Source: Pelomyxa schiedti (taxonomy: Eukaryota > Protista > Evosea). From it: a stretch of DNA of 52,747 bases. Of the stretch, positions 34,101 to 46,021 are shown piece after piece. The notes under the pieces were generated by a model. It was not told the DNA's origin. It searched no databases and worked only from the letters and a program-made list of their open reading frames with translations. The stretch is taken from positions 1-52,747 of the forward strand of contig JAHLWZ010000595.1 in NCBI GenBank assembly GCA_020536535.1. The letters run 5' to 3'. The position numbers were made by a program, and so were the translations under genes. Numbering within the stretch: position 1 is the stretch's first letter; every line of letters begins with the position of its first letter.

Positions 34101-36631
34101 GGAGGCAGAGACACTTGGGGATGAGGCTCAATAAAGGGAGTTTCAGGTGTCAATGGTGTTGTGAAGCTGCTTTTTGGGCTGTGTTACAAGGAGATGATGG
34201 TGGTACAATCGGAGGTTCATCTGGAGGCCAAAAGGGATCTTCTGCATCAGGACCACACTCCACCAATGTGGAATTGCCTGGCTCTCTGGAAGTATCATCA
34301 TCCAAGTGAGAATTATCCAGCTGTAGTAAGGAAGCAGTGTAAATGGGATTTGTTCTGTGTGGCTCAACTACTATAAGTGGTTCCCTTCTGGCACTTGCTC
34401 TTGAGTGCCTCTTGCTGAACTTCCAGTGGGAGGTCCATTTGGCATCCTCTTCAGAGGAGCAGAAGTGAGTTTCTTGGCAATTGTGAATTCCTCCATTGAG
34501 TATTGTAAGATAAGATTGCTCTTTTTGTGGCAAAATTCTCTGATGAAGAAGAACTAATGGAGTTCTTGGTGGGGTGGAGGGAATTCAAGTAAGCACACTT
34601 TGGCTGATTTGTGGTCCTGGCACCAACATGGTGTCTAGCTTGTTAAAAGAACTTTCCACCTTTTGTGTAGTAATTGGTTGTGAAAAGCAGACTCCCCTAT
34701 GAAATTTTTCCAAGGAGCAGTAAGGTAATAGCTGGCTTACAAAGAGGTATGTACATACCTCTTCAAGTACCATTCCACTTGGTGGAAATTGCATGAGCCT
34801 CTGCTGAGGTTGTCTTCATAAATTGATGAGACATCTTGTTACAGAGAAAAGTCTTTGACAATGAAGCAACGCAACAGTGGTGGCCATCTCTGAATGCAGT
34901 TACAGCTTGGGGAAAGCTTGTCCACTTTTGGAAGTAATTAGCAAATCAAATGTAGCTTTGCATGCTCCCAGGAAAGCCACATCAATACCAAGTGTCACAT
35001 CATCCAAGGGAGACTTCTTTTGTGAAAGTGTTGACAAACAAACCTCAGACATCTTTGAAGCAGATGAGAGTGGGATGTTGAGCACAATTCAAAGCCCATC
35101 TTCTCCCTGCACAGGTATGTATTGCACTGTTAGTTTTTAGGTGTACTTTTGGCAAGACCAGTTAAATCACTGTGCTGCACTGTGCAATCTGTATTGGGAA
35201 GCCTTTGTTCTGAAAAACATTCGTTGCCAAAAACTTTTGTTGCTGAAAACTTTGGTGTATCATGATCAATGATGGAAGTTTTCACACCCCAATTTTGTAT
35301 AAAGCACAGATACACCTCTAATGTTGTAATTCCCAAAATGCTTCTTGCCAAACAGTTGGCATAAACTAAAATATGGCCCAAATGGGGAAACAGGTGGAAC
35401 CTTCCATTACCCAACATGCAGGGTGAAATGTTGCATGTGTGGTGAAACATTAAAACCAAGGCAGAAAGGAACAAGCACACAGGGAATGAGTCCCAAAACT
35501 TTGTTGGTGTTTGAGAATAAACACACTTTCAAACTGTGGGCAGAAAAGAAAAGGGATACATACTCTCCCTGGATGGGGTCAATGGAAACCAGGAAGCATC
35601 TGTGGGACAGACGAGCAGGGGCCCATGCCCCAATGAAAACATTCTTGTCTAGGACACATGGCACAATGACATTCAGATTCCTTTTTTTTTTTCCTTTTGC
35701 CTTGCATTGTGTCTACTGTCTTCACACTGAGACACCCTGTGGTTTCCATTCCATTGCTCACACGAGGTACCAGAAAGTTCCCTTAATGTCTTGTTCACAG
35801 ACTTCCCAAAGAGAAGATTAAACAGCACACTAGTCAAAGAGGTTCCCACTAGCTCTTGGCCACCTGTATCTTATTTTTGTGCAATTTCCTTTCCCTTGGC
35901 ACCACAACTATGCCATCTCCAGCCCCTTTCTGGAAAGACCAAAATCTTTAACCTGCAAGTTCACTCCTCTGGCCTGTATCAAATCAATCCCAGGCACACC
36001 ACAACTGTCATCAGTCAGACAGCAGGGAATACCACATCACCACCAACCAAAATACACTTGTGAGTACTTCCGCCCCAATGCTTGCTTCTCTCTGGTGCAA
36101 GCAGTCACTGCTCACCCAACAGAAATTTCCTTTACACTCTTGGGTAGTGATGTGTTCCCCTTGGACAATTCCATGCTAATTAACAACAGCCAACAGTGTT
36201 CTTCTGCCAACACCGTAAAAACCCAAACTTATTGAAACAAAATGCAAGTTTCCCCTATAACCCACAAATGCAATTTTTTTGTCAATATGAGTAAATAATT
36301 CAATTTTCTGGTTCGATTGGGGGGAAATTTGACAGTTCATCAATCTGGTGCCCTTTTTTTTTTTCCTTTTTGCCGAATTATTTTTCCTCATTTCCCCAGA
36401 CTTCCTGATGGGAGTCCCTGCCATTGCTGTGTTTGATGAGAATGTGCCCACCTTGTGGGGTGCATGTGATTTATGAAGATGCCCAAACGATCTTCCTGAA
36501 CTGTCATGCCTGTTAGCTTCTGTGGGAAGAGAATAAAGCCCCACAGAGGGAAAAGAACGAAAGAGAGTGAGAGTGTAAAGGTTCTCTTGCTTATTCTCGT
36601 GCTTGGGTTGCACGTGTTCAAAGGATAATTA

Positions 36632-36731
36632 NNNNNNNNNNNNNNNNNNNNNNNNNNNNNNNNNNNNNNNNNNNNNNNNNNNNNNNNNNNNNNNNNNNNN
36701 NNNNNNNNNNNNNNNNNNNNNNNNNNNNNNN
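36632..36731. other. Assembly gap (100 N)
   Basis: Run of N. Confidence 1.
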
Positions 36732-37465
36732 GTTTCCCCTATGGCTGCGTCTTGACATGCCGTGCAGTGGGCGGGTTGGGGCGGAGCCCCCTTGCACCAC
36801 AACCAAACCACCACCACGCATCCCATTCTTCCCATTCCATTCCCAATTCAACGAAACCAGTTCCTCCTCCTGTGGCACTGTCAACACAAGTGTTTTTGGT
36901 TGTATTGCCTCTACCCTCGTGTGGTTACACCGTACCCTCTACATTTGCCGTTGTGTTCCAAGAAATCACCCTTTTTACCAAGTTGTTGTTACGTTGTTGT
37001 TTTCTGTAGCCTCTTGTTGTCGGGTGAACAGAGATTAGCGTGACAACTCTCCTACCTTTGGGGCACCATTGTTGGACGATGTGGGCCGGATAGAACGTAG
37101 AGGTAAACCCTGGAAAAAAAAAATACCCAACAGTGAATGCAAAGCCAGGAGTCTTTGTTTTTACAATAATGGTCTTTGAAATATGTTTGTTGTGGTTTGA
37201 GGGTGTTGTGAATGGTGGTGGTGCTCTGTGAATGGAGCCGGGAACCCCAGTACTGGTGCCACTGTGGAACCTTGGCAGCAAAAATTGGTCTGCTACAAGT
37301 AAGTCTGAGGCTCTGCACAGGCTGCTGGATGCTGTTCCAGGCTGTGTGTCTGCAGCCTGCACATTCAAGCTGGTCTCAATACCCTAAGCATTGTATCCTG
37401 ATAAAGAGTAAGTTGAGTAAAATCAGGGGTTTCATCAAACATGGTGACTTCAGGAGTGCCACATT
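36732..37465. repeat. Direct repeat, copy 2 (CpG-decayed; begins at the assembly gap)
   Basis: Aligned by eye to 31987-32876. Confidence 0.92.
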
Positions 37466-38427
37466 CACTGGATCAAGGGTGAAGGGCAAAGGTGTCAGTG
37501 TTTTCCTCTATGAAGTCTTCACCCAAAAACCCAAGGGGCAAAGGTCACATTTGGCTTCCATGCAAGGGGATGCCCCAGCTCAACTTGCACCTTTGCATTT
37601 TTGATAAAACAAATACCAGTGAGATACTGGCCATCAATCAGCTTTTTTGCTTTATTGGCCTGAAATCACTTTTCAGGCCACTTCAACTTGAACCACACAA
37701 ATCAACTGTGTTGCCACACCTGTGCACCCAACAGCCTTCAGCCACAGCACACAAGAGATTCAGCACCACATTGGCAAATGAGTGCAAAGATTGACTTCAG
37801 CAGTTCTTTTTCTCTTAATGAACCAACCCTTTGACCAAAACATGGGAAAGCTCCCACAGCTTGTAATGAATGATCCACACTTCTTGGGAAGCCAGCTATT
37901 AGATTTTCCACAACAGAAGTTGGCAATCTCACAGTGAGAGTGTAAAGAAACACGTGTGGGCACAAGTATCATTCTTCTCATCTTGCATTCACATTCCATT
38001 CATTTTTGATGAACAAAAGAAAATGTCTCTTGTTTGGTGCCACAGTGACCCTCAAAGAAGCTTGTGATGACTTTGTGTTTTGAAAAGGGGTAACCTCACA
38101 ATACCTGCATCTGGTCTGCAGTTGTTAATAACAATGCTATCTCTGATATGGGCATCACCTTGATGTTATGCTTGAGAGATGAGATGACTACAACGTCATT
38201 GTCAAACTCAATGTCACGGGATTTGGGAACTCAGGTATCCTATCCAACAGAGGATCTAACTCAGGGGAAGTTCATGAGAGGGAGTACTGCAATTTAAAAC
38301 ACGACTTACTGATAGCACTAGTCAGATTTTGTGCTTGTTTTTGTGCTTCCATTAGATTATTTGAGACCAGCACCACATTTGTGGCATTGTTCTCAGAAAG
38401 ATCGAAAAAGGTGATGACAAAATAAAA

Positions 38428-41400
38428 ATGTTTGGCGTAAGCGAAGTGTTCGATGTGAACAAGTTGGCGCTTCTGCTGCCACCCGAGCAGTTACCTGCCG
38501 CCATGATTGGTGCACCACTGGGGGCCCAGCAGGCGCCGGCGACGAGTAGCACTACGTCGTCGCAGCTCCCACAATTTCTGGGCCCGGCGCAGCAGCAACA
38601 AACGCAGCAGCAGCCTCCACCACCACAACAACAACCGGGAACTAGTGCCACAATTCTAATGTCGAACGCACCTGCCAACGCGAACACGGGAGGGTCCAAC
38701 AAACAAACGATGAGAATAACGTTGGTGGGGCGGGAGAGATCTGGCGACATACTGTTCGCTGTCCATCTCAAAACACCCGTAATGCAACAACCACAGCAGC
38801 AACCGGGTCACTCAACTTCACCGGCTTCTTTGTCATCCTCGACGCCGACGACGGCTCCCGGGCGCGGATTTGCGCGCCCGGATCGCGGCGCGACGGACAC
38901 ATCGCCACCGCCAGCGGCGGCGTCGTTGTCGCTGGGTTTGTCGTTTGGTGGGGGGCCTGGAATGCTGGCAAACTCGCACCCGTCTCACACGTGCCAGCAC
39001 CCGCATTTAGGCTCCTTGATGGGGGGCGGTGTTGTTCTGTCTGGGCCGCCAACAATCCCGCCACCACACCTACCAAGTAATGGCGCGGATGGGCAAACGC
39101 CTGTCGTGCAGGCCTCATCATCGCAGGTGCTGAGACCACTTTTTTTTTTTTTTTTCCCTTATTACTTACACTCTTCTATAGACACCAGTAAGTGCTGAGA
39201 GTCTGGGTGCGAATACAGGACCAATACCTGGCATTGGTCGTATGAGTAAAAGGACCTTTCTGAATGTACACAAGGTGGGCAGTCGTGTGTGCACAAAACT
39301 AGCTGTGTGGGAGGAAGAAATGGATATTGTCAATGCTTCAATCAACGACACTCACTCACTCTTTGGTATTTCCCATAATTTCTCTTCCACTTTGGCAAGT
39401 TCTTACTCCTTGAGCAGCTGTAACTGTTAGGAAACACCGCAAAGATGGTTTACTCCTTGAGAACCCTTTTTTAAATAAAACTTTTTCTGTAAGGTGTAAA
39501 GTGGATATCCTTTCTTTATGAGAATTGCCTGTTAGGGAAACATCACACCCTTCTTGATCACGACCTATATCTTCAAGTTCAAGTCAGTTTCTTATTCTGC
39601 CTACCATGTGCTTGACTAATGTAATTAATGCAGTTCGTGACTGATACAGTAGTAAGAAGTCAAGTGGATACAACATTTCTCTTTTTTGTAGAAAGTGAAG
39701 CAATCAAATTTTATCGTGTCCGATACAAAGTTCAACACAACCAAGATAAAACCATAGGTTCTATGGTATAGTTATCACTACTCCGCACCAGCACTTATAC
39801 TTCGTAGACTCTAGTAGAAAAACCAGAAAAACTTGGCCAAATTGCTCCAGACTACCTTTGGGCACAACTGGACGTAGAACGCCAGCATATTTATACAGTA
39901 ACATCACTACCTGATGAACGACCACTTTCAACTACCCCTCCCCTTGCCACTGGTATACCGTCCAATGCTTCTATCACCTCCGGTAACGGCGCAGCCGCAC
40001 AATCTTCAAATGCCCTGGGGGTAGTAAGTTCTTCCAGTTCAAGTGGATTTCCGTATCAGCAAGCTCAGCTTCTTTCGTGCTGGGTTTTTAGCAGAGACCA
40101 ATGGACTCAAGCATGGAATCACATAGTAGACTTACCAACTGTACTGTATCCCCGTCAGCTCACTTTTCCTATTCCATTTGAGTTGGGAAGACCCATTGCG
40201 CAAGCTGTTGCCCATGCAACTATGGTCTCTCTACTGGTGTGCCTTAATTTTTATTCTCTGGTTTTTTGAAAACAAAAATCCAATCCCTTTCTCCTTGGCT
40301 CACTCGTAGCTCTGCAGACATCTGAAGCACGATCCAGTACCATCACATGCTTATGTATACAACATCAAGTCAGAGAGGACCCACCTGTCCTTCCAATCAC
40401 TATAATCGTCTTTAATGGGATAAAAAAGCGGCTGGACTTTTCTATCAATCTCACGTCACTCCACCCTTCTTCAACAATAACACTGGAGGTATAACTCTGA
40501 TAGCCTAACTGTATTGATTACACAACAGGAAGTCCACGTCTTATTCTCCTCTATTGAGGGATATCTTGTAGTTTGGCTACCAGGCCATGTGATCCACTTG
40601 TTTGACTTGAGTGACACACATCACATCTGTGCTGGGCCTTTTGTATTTGGGGAAGATGCGTGCCCAGTACATGTTGGAATGTCACTTCGCAAGTCGACCT
40701 CAGCAACACAACCACAAATCGTTGTCCCGTTGCATCTGGTTATTCCAGGAACCAAATGTATCATTCACATCCAAAATAATAATAAAAATAATAAAGTTCA
40801 CAGCTGGTTCCTACTTTCTGGATTGTCACTCTGGAGTTGTTTATGATTTCAGTTGGGATAAAGGTCACTTACTAAAGGTTCCTTTGGACAATAAAGCACA
40901 AATTCCCATAACAAACAAGATGTTTGAACAAAGTGACTCGGAGGTTTTCATGTGCCAAATACTCCACCTTGTGTGTGTGCACCTAAAAAATGGTGAGTCC
41001 GACATGGGCACTGCTCGAACTGTAAATTTATTTCACTTCAAATCTATCGTCTGATCCTTCCAAGTTGATTACCAGACTCCTGAGCAGCAACGCTGGGAAA
41101 CTAACACCAGATTTGCTTAAGGAATACCTTCTAGGTTTGGGGAAAATGGGATTTGAAGGTATCTTATCATTTGTGCACAAGGGAGGTGCTTCAGACAGGC
41201 CCTGGCTGGACCTGCTTCAGAAAAAGTACTGCGACATTTTCCAGCAAGTACCCTTAAATTGCTGGAGTCTTCTCAGGTGTACAACTTGGCATTATTTACT
41301 ATTGAAAACTAATAGTAAACACTTTCCTAGATGCACAAGACTCTCCTTAATGCCTCAGTGCACTCCCTTGACCCCCACAAAGCAAAACCTTCTAAAGTGA

Positions 41401-42600
41401 GTCAAGATGGTGCCTTTGCAGAATCCTTTTAATTTTTTTTCTCCCTAGAATGTTACCTTTGGATTAGAACAAAACCCAAGTTCATTTCCAGCGTCAATGT
41501 TTACGCTGCCCACCATTGCTGTCCCGTTGTTTACACCCTCTCGTAATCCTTTGCTGTTATTATTTCCCTCTAAAAAGACTAGTATGTCCTCACACCACCA
41601 TTTCGTTCTCATCCTTCCCAGCGGAACCTGTGGTTACATGTGCATCTGAGGAAGACTATCAGTGCTGCGCACTTCCATCTACAATTTTTAAGAGTGAGAT
41701 GACTTCTCGCCTTGTAGGATGTGGTGTGAAAGATGGTGAAAGAAACTTACATCCTCTCATTACCGCTTTTAGAGAAGACAACGTACCTCGTTTTCTTGAA
41801 TGTACTGTAGATAACAATAAAAAGATCTCATTCACAACGGAAATGTTTGAAACTATCAAAAACTTGGTGCAATCTCGTTTAATGACTGACTCTTCATTGT
41901 TCCAGGTAAATTGCAAGTAATTTGTATCTGTATTAACTCTTGAAACAGATTCTTCATCACCTCTACATTGCCATGGAAGACTTGTGCTTCCCCTTTCCTA
42001 AAGTAGTTTTGATGTTCTTTCTCTCCAGCACTTACTTTGGGTAGGGGTTCCATACTTTGTTCATCACTACTGGCTTCCGTTGTCTTCCTCCTCATGTTTT
42101 CTTGCAATACATCAATCGCGGCCTGTTTGTTGTAACAAAGGAATTTGTGAAAGAGTGCATATTACCCGCCAAACATTTAAGCCCTGGATTTCGCAATTGT
42201 ATACTATCAAAGATCCCCGGGTTCATTGTCCCCGATTCCTCTGCCAAATGGTTGGCCCATGCTTCTCTTGCTTCCCTAACAAACGAACTACAGTCATGCA
42301 GCACACAGATTCAAATTCCTTGTCAATTTCCCAGAAGCGGCTCTCTCTGGCCACGTATCTAACTCAGCTGTAGGAACAACCACTCCCAGGGTATCGCACC
42401 GTGGAACAGCAGCCGCATCGTCTTCCATAATTCTAACCCTGCCCACTGCACCTGGGGTGGATGTATCCCAATTGGAAGAGGCAAAATTCCTTCCTCTGGT
42501 TATATATAGACAAATGTTTAAGCACAATACACTGTCACAACCAAACTTATATAAACGATTTGCGAAAGATATGGCCAACTGTGATGGCACAGACTTCTAA
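38428..42600 (+). CDS. GSAP: Gamma-secretase-activating protein / pigeon homologue, multi-exon
   Basis: N-terminal ITLVGRERSGDILF and MDIVNASINDTHSLFG; YLVVWLPGHVIHLFD; C-terminal GSAP-16-like DLCFPFPKGFHTLFITTGFRCLPPHVFLQYINRGLFVVT. Confidence 0.8.
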
Positions 42601-42721
42601 CTCCAACACCAAACACCACAACCAAAAAAAGAGAAACAAGCCTTCTCTTAAATGCCCAATGTGGCACAACCGTAACCAGTTTCTTTTTTCTTTACAACTG
42701 CCTCTCATAAAACTAATTCGT

Positions 42722-44056
42722 TTAGGCTAGAAACGAGAGTATCAGGACTAGAACAGGTTTGGGTACAGAGAGGATAATTGAGGTAGAACCCAGTCGTGGG
42801 TGATGACCACATAGAATGGCCATCTTTTTCTGAATGTATTTCTGTGGGATTGTTTGTGAGATTAAGAGGGAGCACATAGAAAGGTACCCTGGAATTACGG
42901 AGTAACACCATGACTGAAGGCGGCACATGTGGTTTGAGGCCTTTTAGTGATTTGAGATCCATGCCGTACACTTCAACAAGCATCACTGCAGTTTTGGCGC
43001 TTCCAAAACAGGCCGCGGAGCCAAGAGCACCACTATGGTGAAGCATGTATTCGGCCGCAGAGGGTTCATTCTGAGTATAGGCACTTTGTACCACCCGGAA
43101 AATTGTGTCCTCTGAGAAGTCGATTCGGACTGTGCGCTCGATTACCTCTGCAGAAACTCTGGCCCCGGCATCAAGTAGCATGTTTATAATTCGCTCGTTA
43201 TTGGAACTGTAGACGTGAAGAGCAGTTTGCAAGGTTAAATCCCAATCTCTGGAGAATAAGGTGTAAGAGCGGACAAAAAAAGGAGGGCAATACCCTACAC
43301 ATCCCTTCAGATTCGGATCTGCTCCGAGCTTCAGGAGTACTGCAACAATGCGTTCACTACCCTTGACTATAAATCAGTAAGCTGGGACAGAAAGAGGAAA
43401 AAAATAGCAAAGAAAAAAAACCAATGTATAAATGAAGATAGGAGAAAAACCCTCCAACAAGAGTAGTGCAACGGAGTCCCCGCGGTGCTGGTTTGATTGA
43501 CATTGGCCCCGCGCGCAACTAGAATCTCGATAAGGCGTATTCCCACAGACACAAGAAGATCATTCTCGCTCTTGGTTCTGGAATACGAGTTGCGGCATGC
43601 AGTCAACAAAGGTGTGTCTGGAGAGCACACGCAAGGGTCATTACATCCAGCACCAAATTCCAGTAGGCACTTCACCACATCAATCCTGGTCTCCAACTCC
43701 TCACCCCCCAAAGGGTAGCCGCCGCGGGGATTATGGGAAGTCGACTTCGGAGCGAGACAGCACAGCAGCGCCAAATGCAGGGGCCGGCACGGCCCGGCGA
43801 CGTCTCCCCACCAAGTCGGCTCCCTAGAGTCCTCGACGGCGCCCGACGCCAAGTTGATCTCTGGGTATTGCCCACGCGGCGGCACCGAGAGGTTCACGAA
43901 GTGGGCGCTCAAATTGTGGGACGACGATGCCGACGAGGAGGAGTCGCCAACCACGACGCCGATAAGTTGCCTCAGTCCCGCGCAGTCTCCAGCCACAATT
44001 CGGGAGCCCAAAAGGGCCCCCATTGACGCAGGGAACTGGGGCGTTTCGTCCGTCAT
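42722..44056 (-). CDS. Ankyrin-repeat protein with a C-terminal F-box-like motif on the last exon
   Basis: DTPLLTAC..LIEILVARGANVNQTSTAGTPLHYSC, LLKLGADPN, QTALH..MLLDAGA. Intron 42887-42842; last exon KYIQKKMAILCGHHPRLGSTSIILSVPKPVLVLILSFLA*. Confidence 0.82.
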
Positions 44057-44548
44057 CAAGTATACTTCCTTTCTGATGACGGTGGGAAAGGTTTCTTGGC
44101 AGTGGAATCCCACCGACGCGCATTCTTGGGCGAAGCCACCAGTGCGTCTCGATTCAGGCACCAGACCTGGAAATGCTTGTACAAGCACAAATCGTGCTCT
44201 CCGACAGAGGGAAATATTTCGTTCCGTTGAACTTCATTACCATTCGTGCACGCCAGACATTTAAGGAACGTGAGAGGTGGAAATCGGCTTTGAAGGGAAC
44301 CTTTTTCCCCGGGTTTAGTGCAAAACTTAAGTTTCTTCCCGGCGTTGGAGGGGGAAACGACCTGCAACCGAAATATTTCGCTTTGACAGGTCTCGGCTTT
44401 ATAAACCATGACGGTACCGCATTAAATAAAACAAAACTCAAAGCCCAAAGGTACAAACACTCCTCAACTGTTCTTTTTTTCTCCTCACCTAGTTTCTCCA
44501 GAACAAGCCAACACATAGCCGGTAGAATCAACCTACAACTTATTAGAA

Positions 44549-46021
44549 ATGGCACAGTGCCCAAGTCCAATTGTGAACGAGAACATACTCGCTGCTGAGC
44601 ACAAGGAAAGCCTCCGCAAGGTCTGCGAATTGCTCGACATGAATACCCCTCTGGCTTCCACTGCAGCCCGTTTGGCTCTGTCAGGCATGAATGTCTCTGA
44701 CTTGACTGATGACTCGTTGGCAAAGTATCTCTCCCCGCTATTTTAGAGAGTTGGTACTCATCCCGTCGTTTAGATACATACACGACCGGCTGGAGGAGAG
44801 AATCACAAATCGAGCAGCAAAGGCGGCCTTGTACTCATCAAAGCGGAAATCGGCCAACCAGCTCGAGCTGTACGCTTATGCATTCCAGTCATTGCCGTAC
44901 ATCACAGGTAATAACTCATTCCCTAGCAAACTGGCTCATTTTGCAAAGCTATATCAAGTCTCTTGAGTGAAGCTGTTACATCTTACATTGAGCCGGGAGA
45001 TACACACTTCACTCTGATTGACATCGGTATTGGAACAGGAGCACAAGAAAGAGCGATAATCTCTCACATTGCATCACTGCCTCTTGGTCATGAATTGAGC
45101 TCGATACACATAGTAGGAATAGATCTATGTGAAGGTTCTCTTCGGTCAGCTGGGAACAGTTGCGTAGAGGCCGGAAGAATCGCTGGCGTTCAGGTGACAT
45201 ATTCCTCAGTATGCGGATTTGCCGAAACTCTCACAACTGAGAAATGGGAAGGAATCCTGTCCTCTGCTAATCAAGAGGTAGAGATAACTCTTTGTGGGTA
45301 AATAAGTCTTACCTTGATTCAGAGGAGCAGAGTAGTTGTGATGGCTTCACTGGCGATGCATCACTTGCTACCTGAGAAAAGAAGTGATTTACTCCGGACA
45401 CTGAAGACAGTGAAGTCGATGGGTGGAGTAAGTGGCGTAGTACTTGCAGAACCGCATCTGAATCATGCAGACAATAAGATTGCTGCAAGATTCGAAAGCA
45501 GTTGGAATCACTTTCAACTGGTTTGGGAGCTCATTGACTCACTCGATTATACTCACAAAGTACGACCATTCACTTTTCATCCCTGCATGCTGGCTTAATC
45601 ACCACAGGAAAAATTCCATGTCAAACAGTTTTTCCTGCGAGAGTTGGATGATGTATTTGCTAACTCTGACGAGATAAGAACTGAGCGTGAGACCGAAATG
45701 CAAACGTGGGTTGATCTGCTTGCTTGTTGTGGTTATTCCACACACCCTCTCTCCAGATCAGAGGCAGTCCCCTGGTAATTTCTAAGCCCTTGAAAAAAAT
45801 CTTGCCATGACTCTTACATAATATTCAGTTCTGGTGGAGTGGAAATTGTACCACATGGAGAATGGCTAGGAATTGACTGGAAAGGTGTAACGCTGATTGG
45901 GATACTATCATTTATACCACAGTGTGAGGAGAGTGAAGGGCCGAGCAAAAACAGAGTCCCTGAGAGGTACTGCACGCCGTCGGAGGAGACTTACTCCACA
46001 CAGAGCTGGTCACTAGCCTGA
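44549..46021 (+). CDS. Stand-alone GRAS-domain (Rossmann methyltransferase-like) protein of bacterial type, 6 exons, 411 aa
   Basis: Exons 44549-44724, 44774-44907, 44949-45277, 45323-45559, 45608-45774, 45829-46021 total 1236 nt in frame, all GT-AG. Motifs in GRAS order: QSLPYI..SEAV; FTLIDIGIGTGAQ (VHIID equivalent); IHIVGID; VVMASLAMHHL; VVLAEPHLNH..RFESSWNHFQLVWELID (PFYRE equivalent); FFLRELDDVF..RTERET..WVDLLACCGY; LGIDWKGVTLIGILSF (SAW equivalent). Confidence 0.88.

Larger units (their letters stand above)
33900..38360 (-). mobile_element. Probable degenerate transposon/repeat relic (CpG-depleted; broken frames; SWIM-like remnant)
   Basis: Extreme CpG loss, minus-strand frames broken by TGA stops and frameshifts, and ECEC...LCPHV across a frameshift near 37950-38000. 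No convincing TIR or TSD found. Confidence 0.4.

Noticed and set aside
33584-36421. Short inverted match cagggactccc / gggagtccctg as possible TIRs
   Set aside because: Only about 11 bp, with no target-site duplication and no extension of the match.
36732-36886. Whole duplication as a pure assembly artefact at the gap
   Set aside because: The first ~155 bp next to the gap are nearly identical and could be affected. The remainder differs by indels and many directional substitutions, so the two copies appear distinct, although a divergent haplotype joined across the gap is not excluded.
38278-38286. GAGGGAG-TA resembling a Stowaway/mariner terminal repeat
   Set aside because: No matching TA-CTCCCTC left end was found, and a 9-bp match can occur by chance.
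44549-46021. GRAS gene as bacterial contamination
   Set aside because: It needs five spliceosomal introns of host-typical size to be read, and it is flanked by eukaryotic genes.
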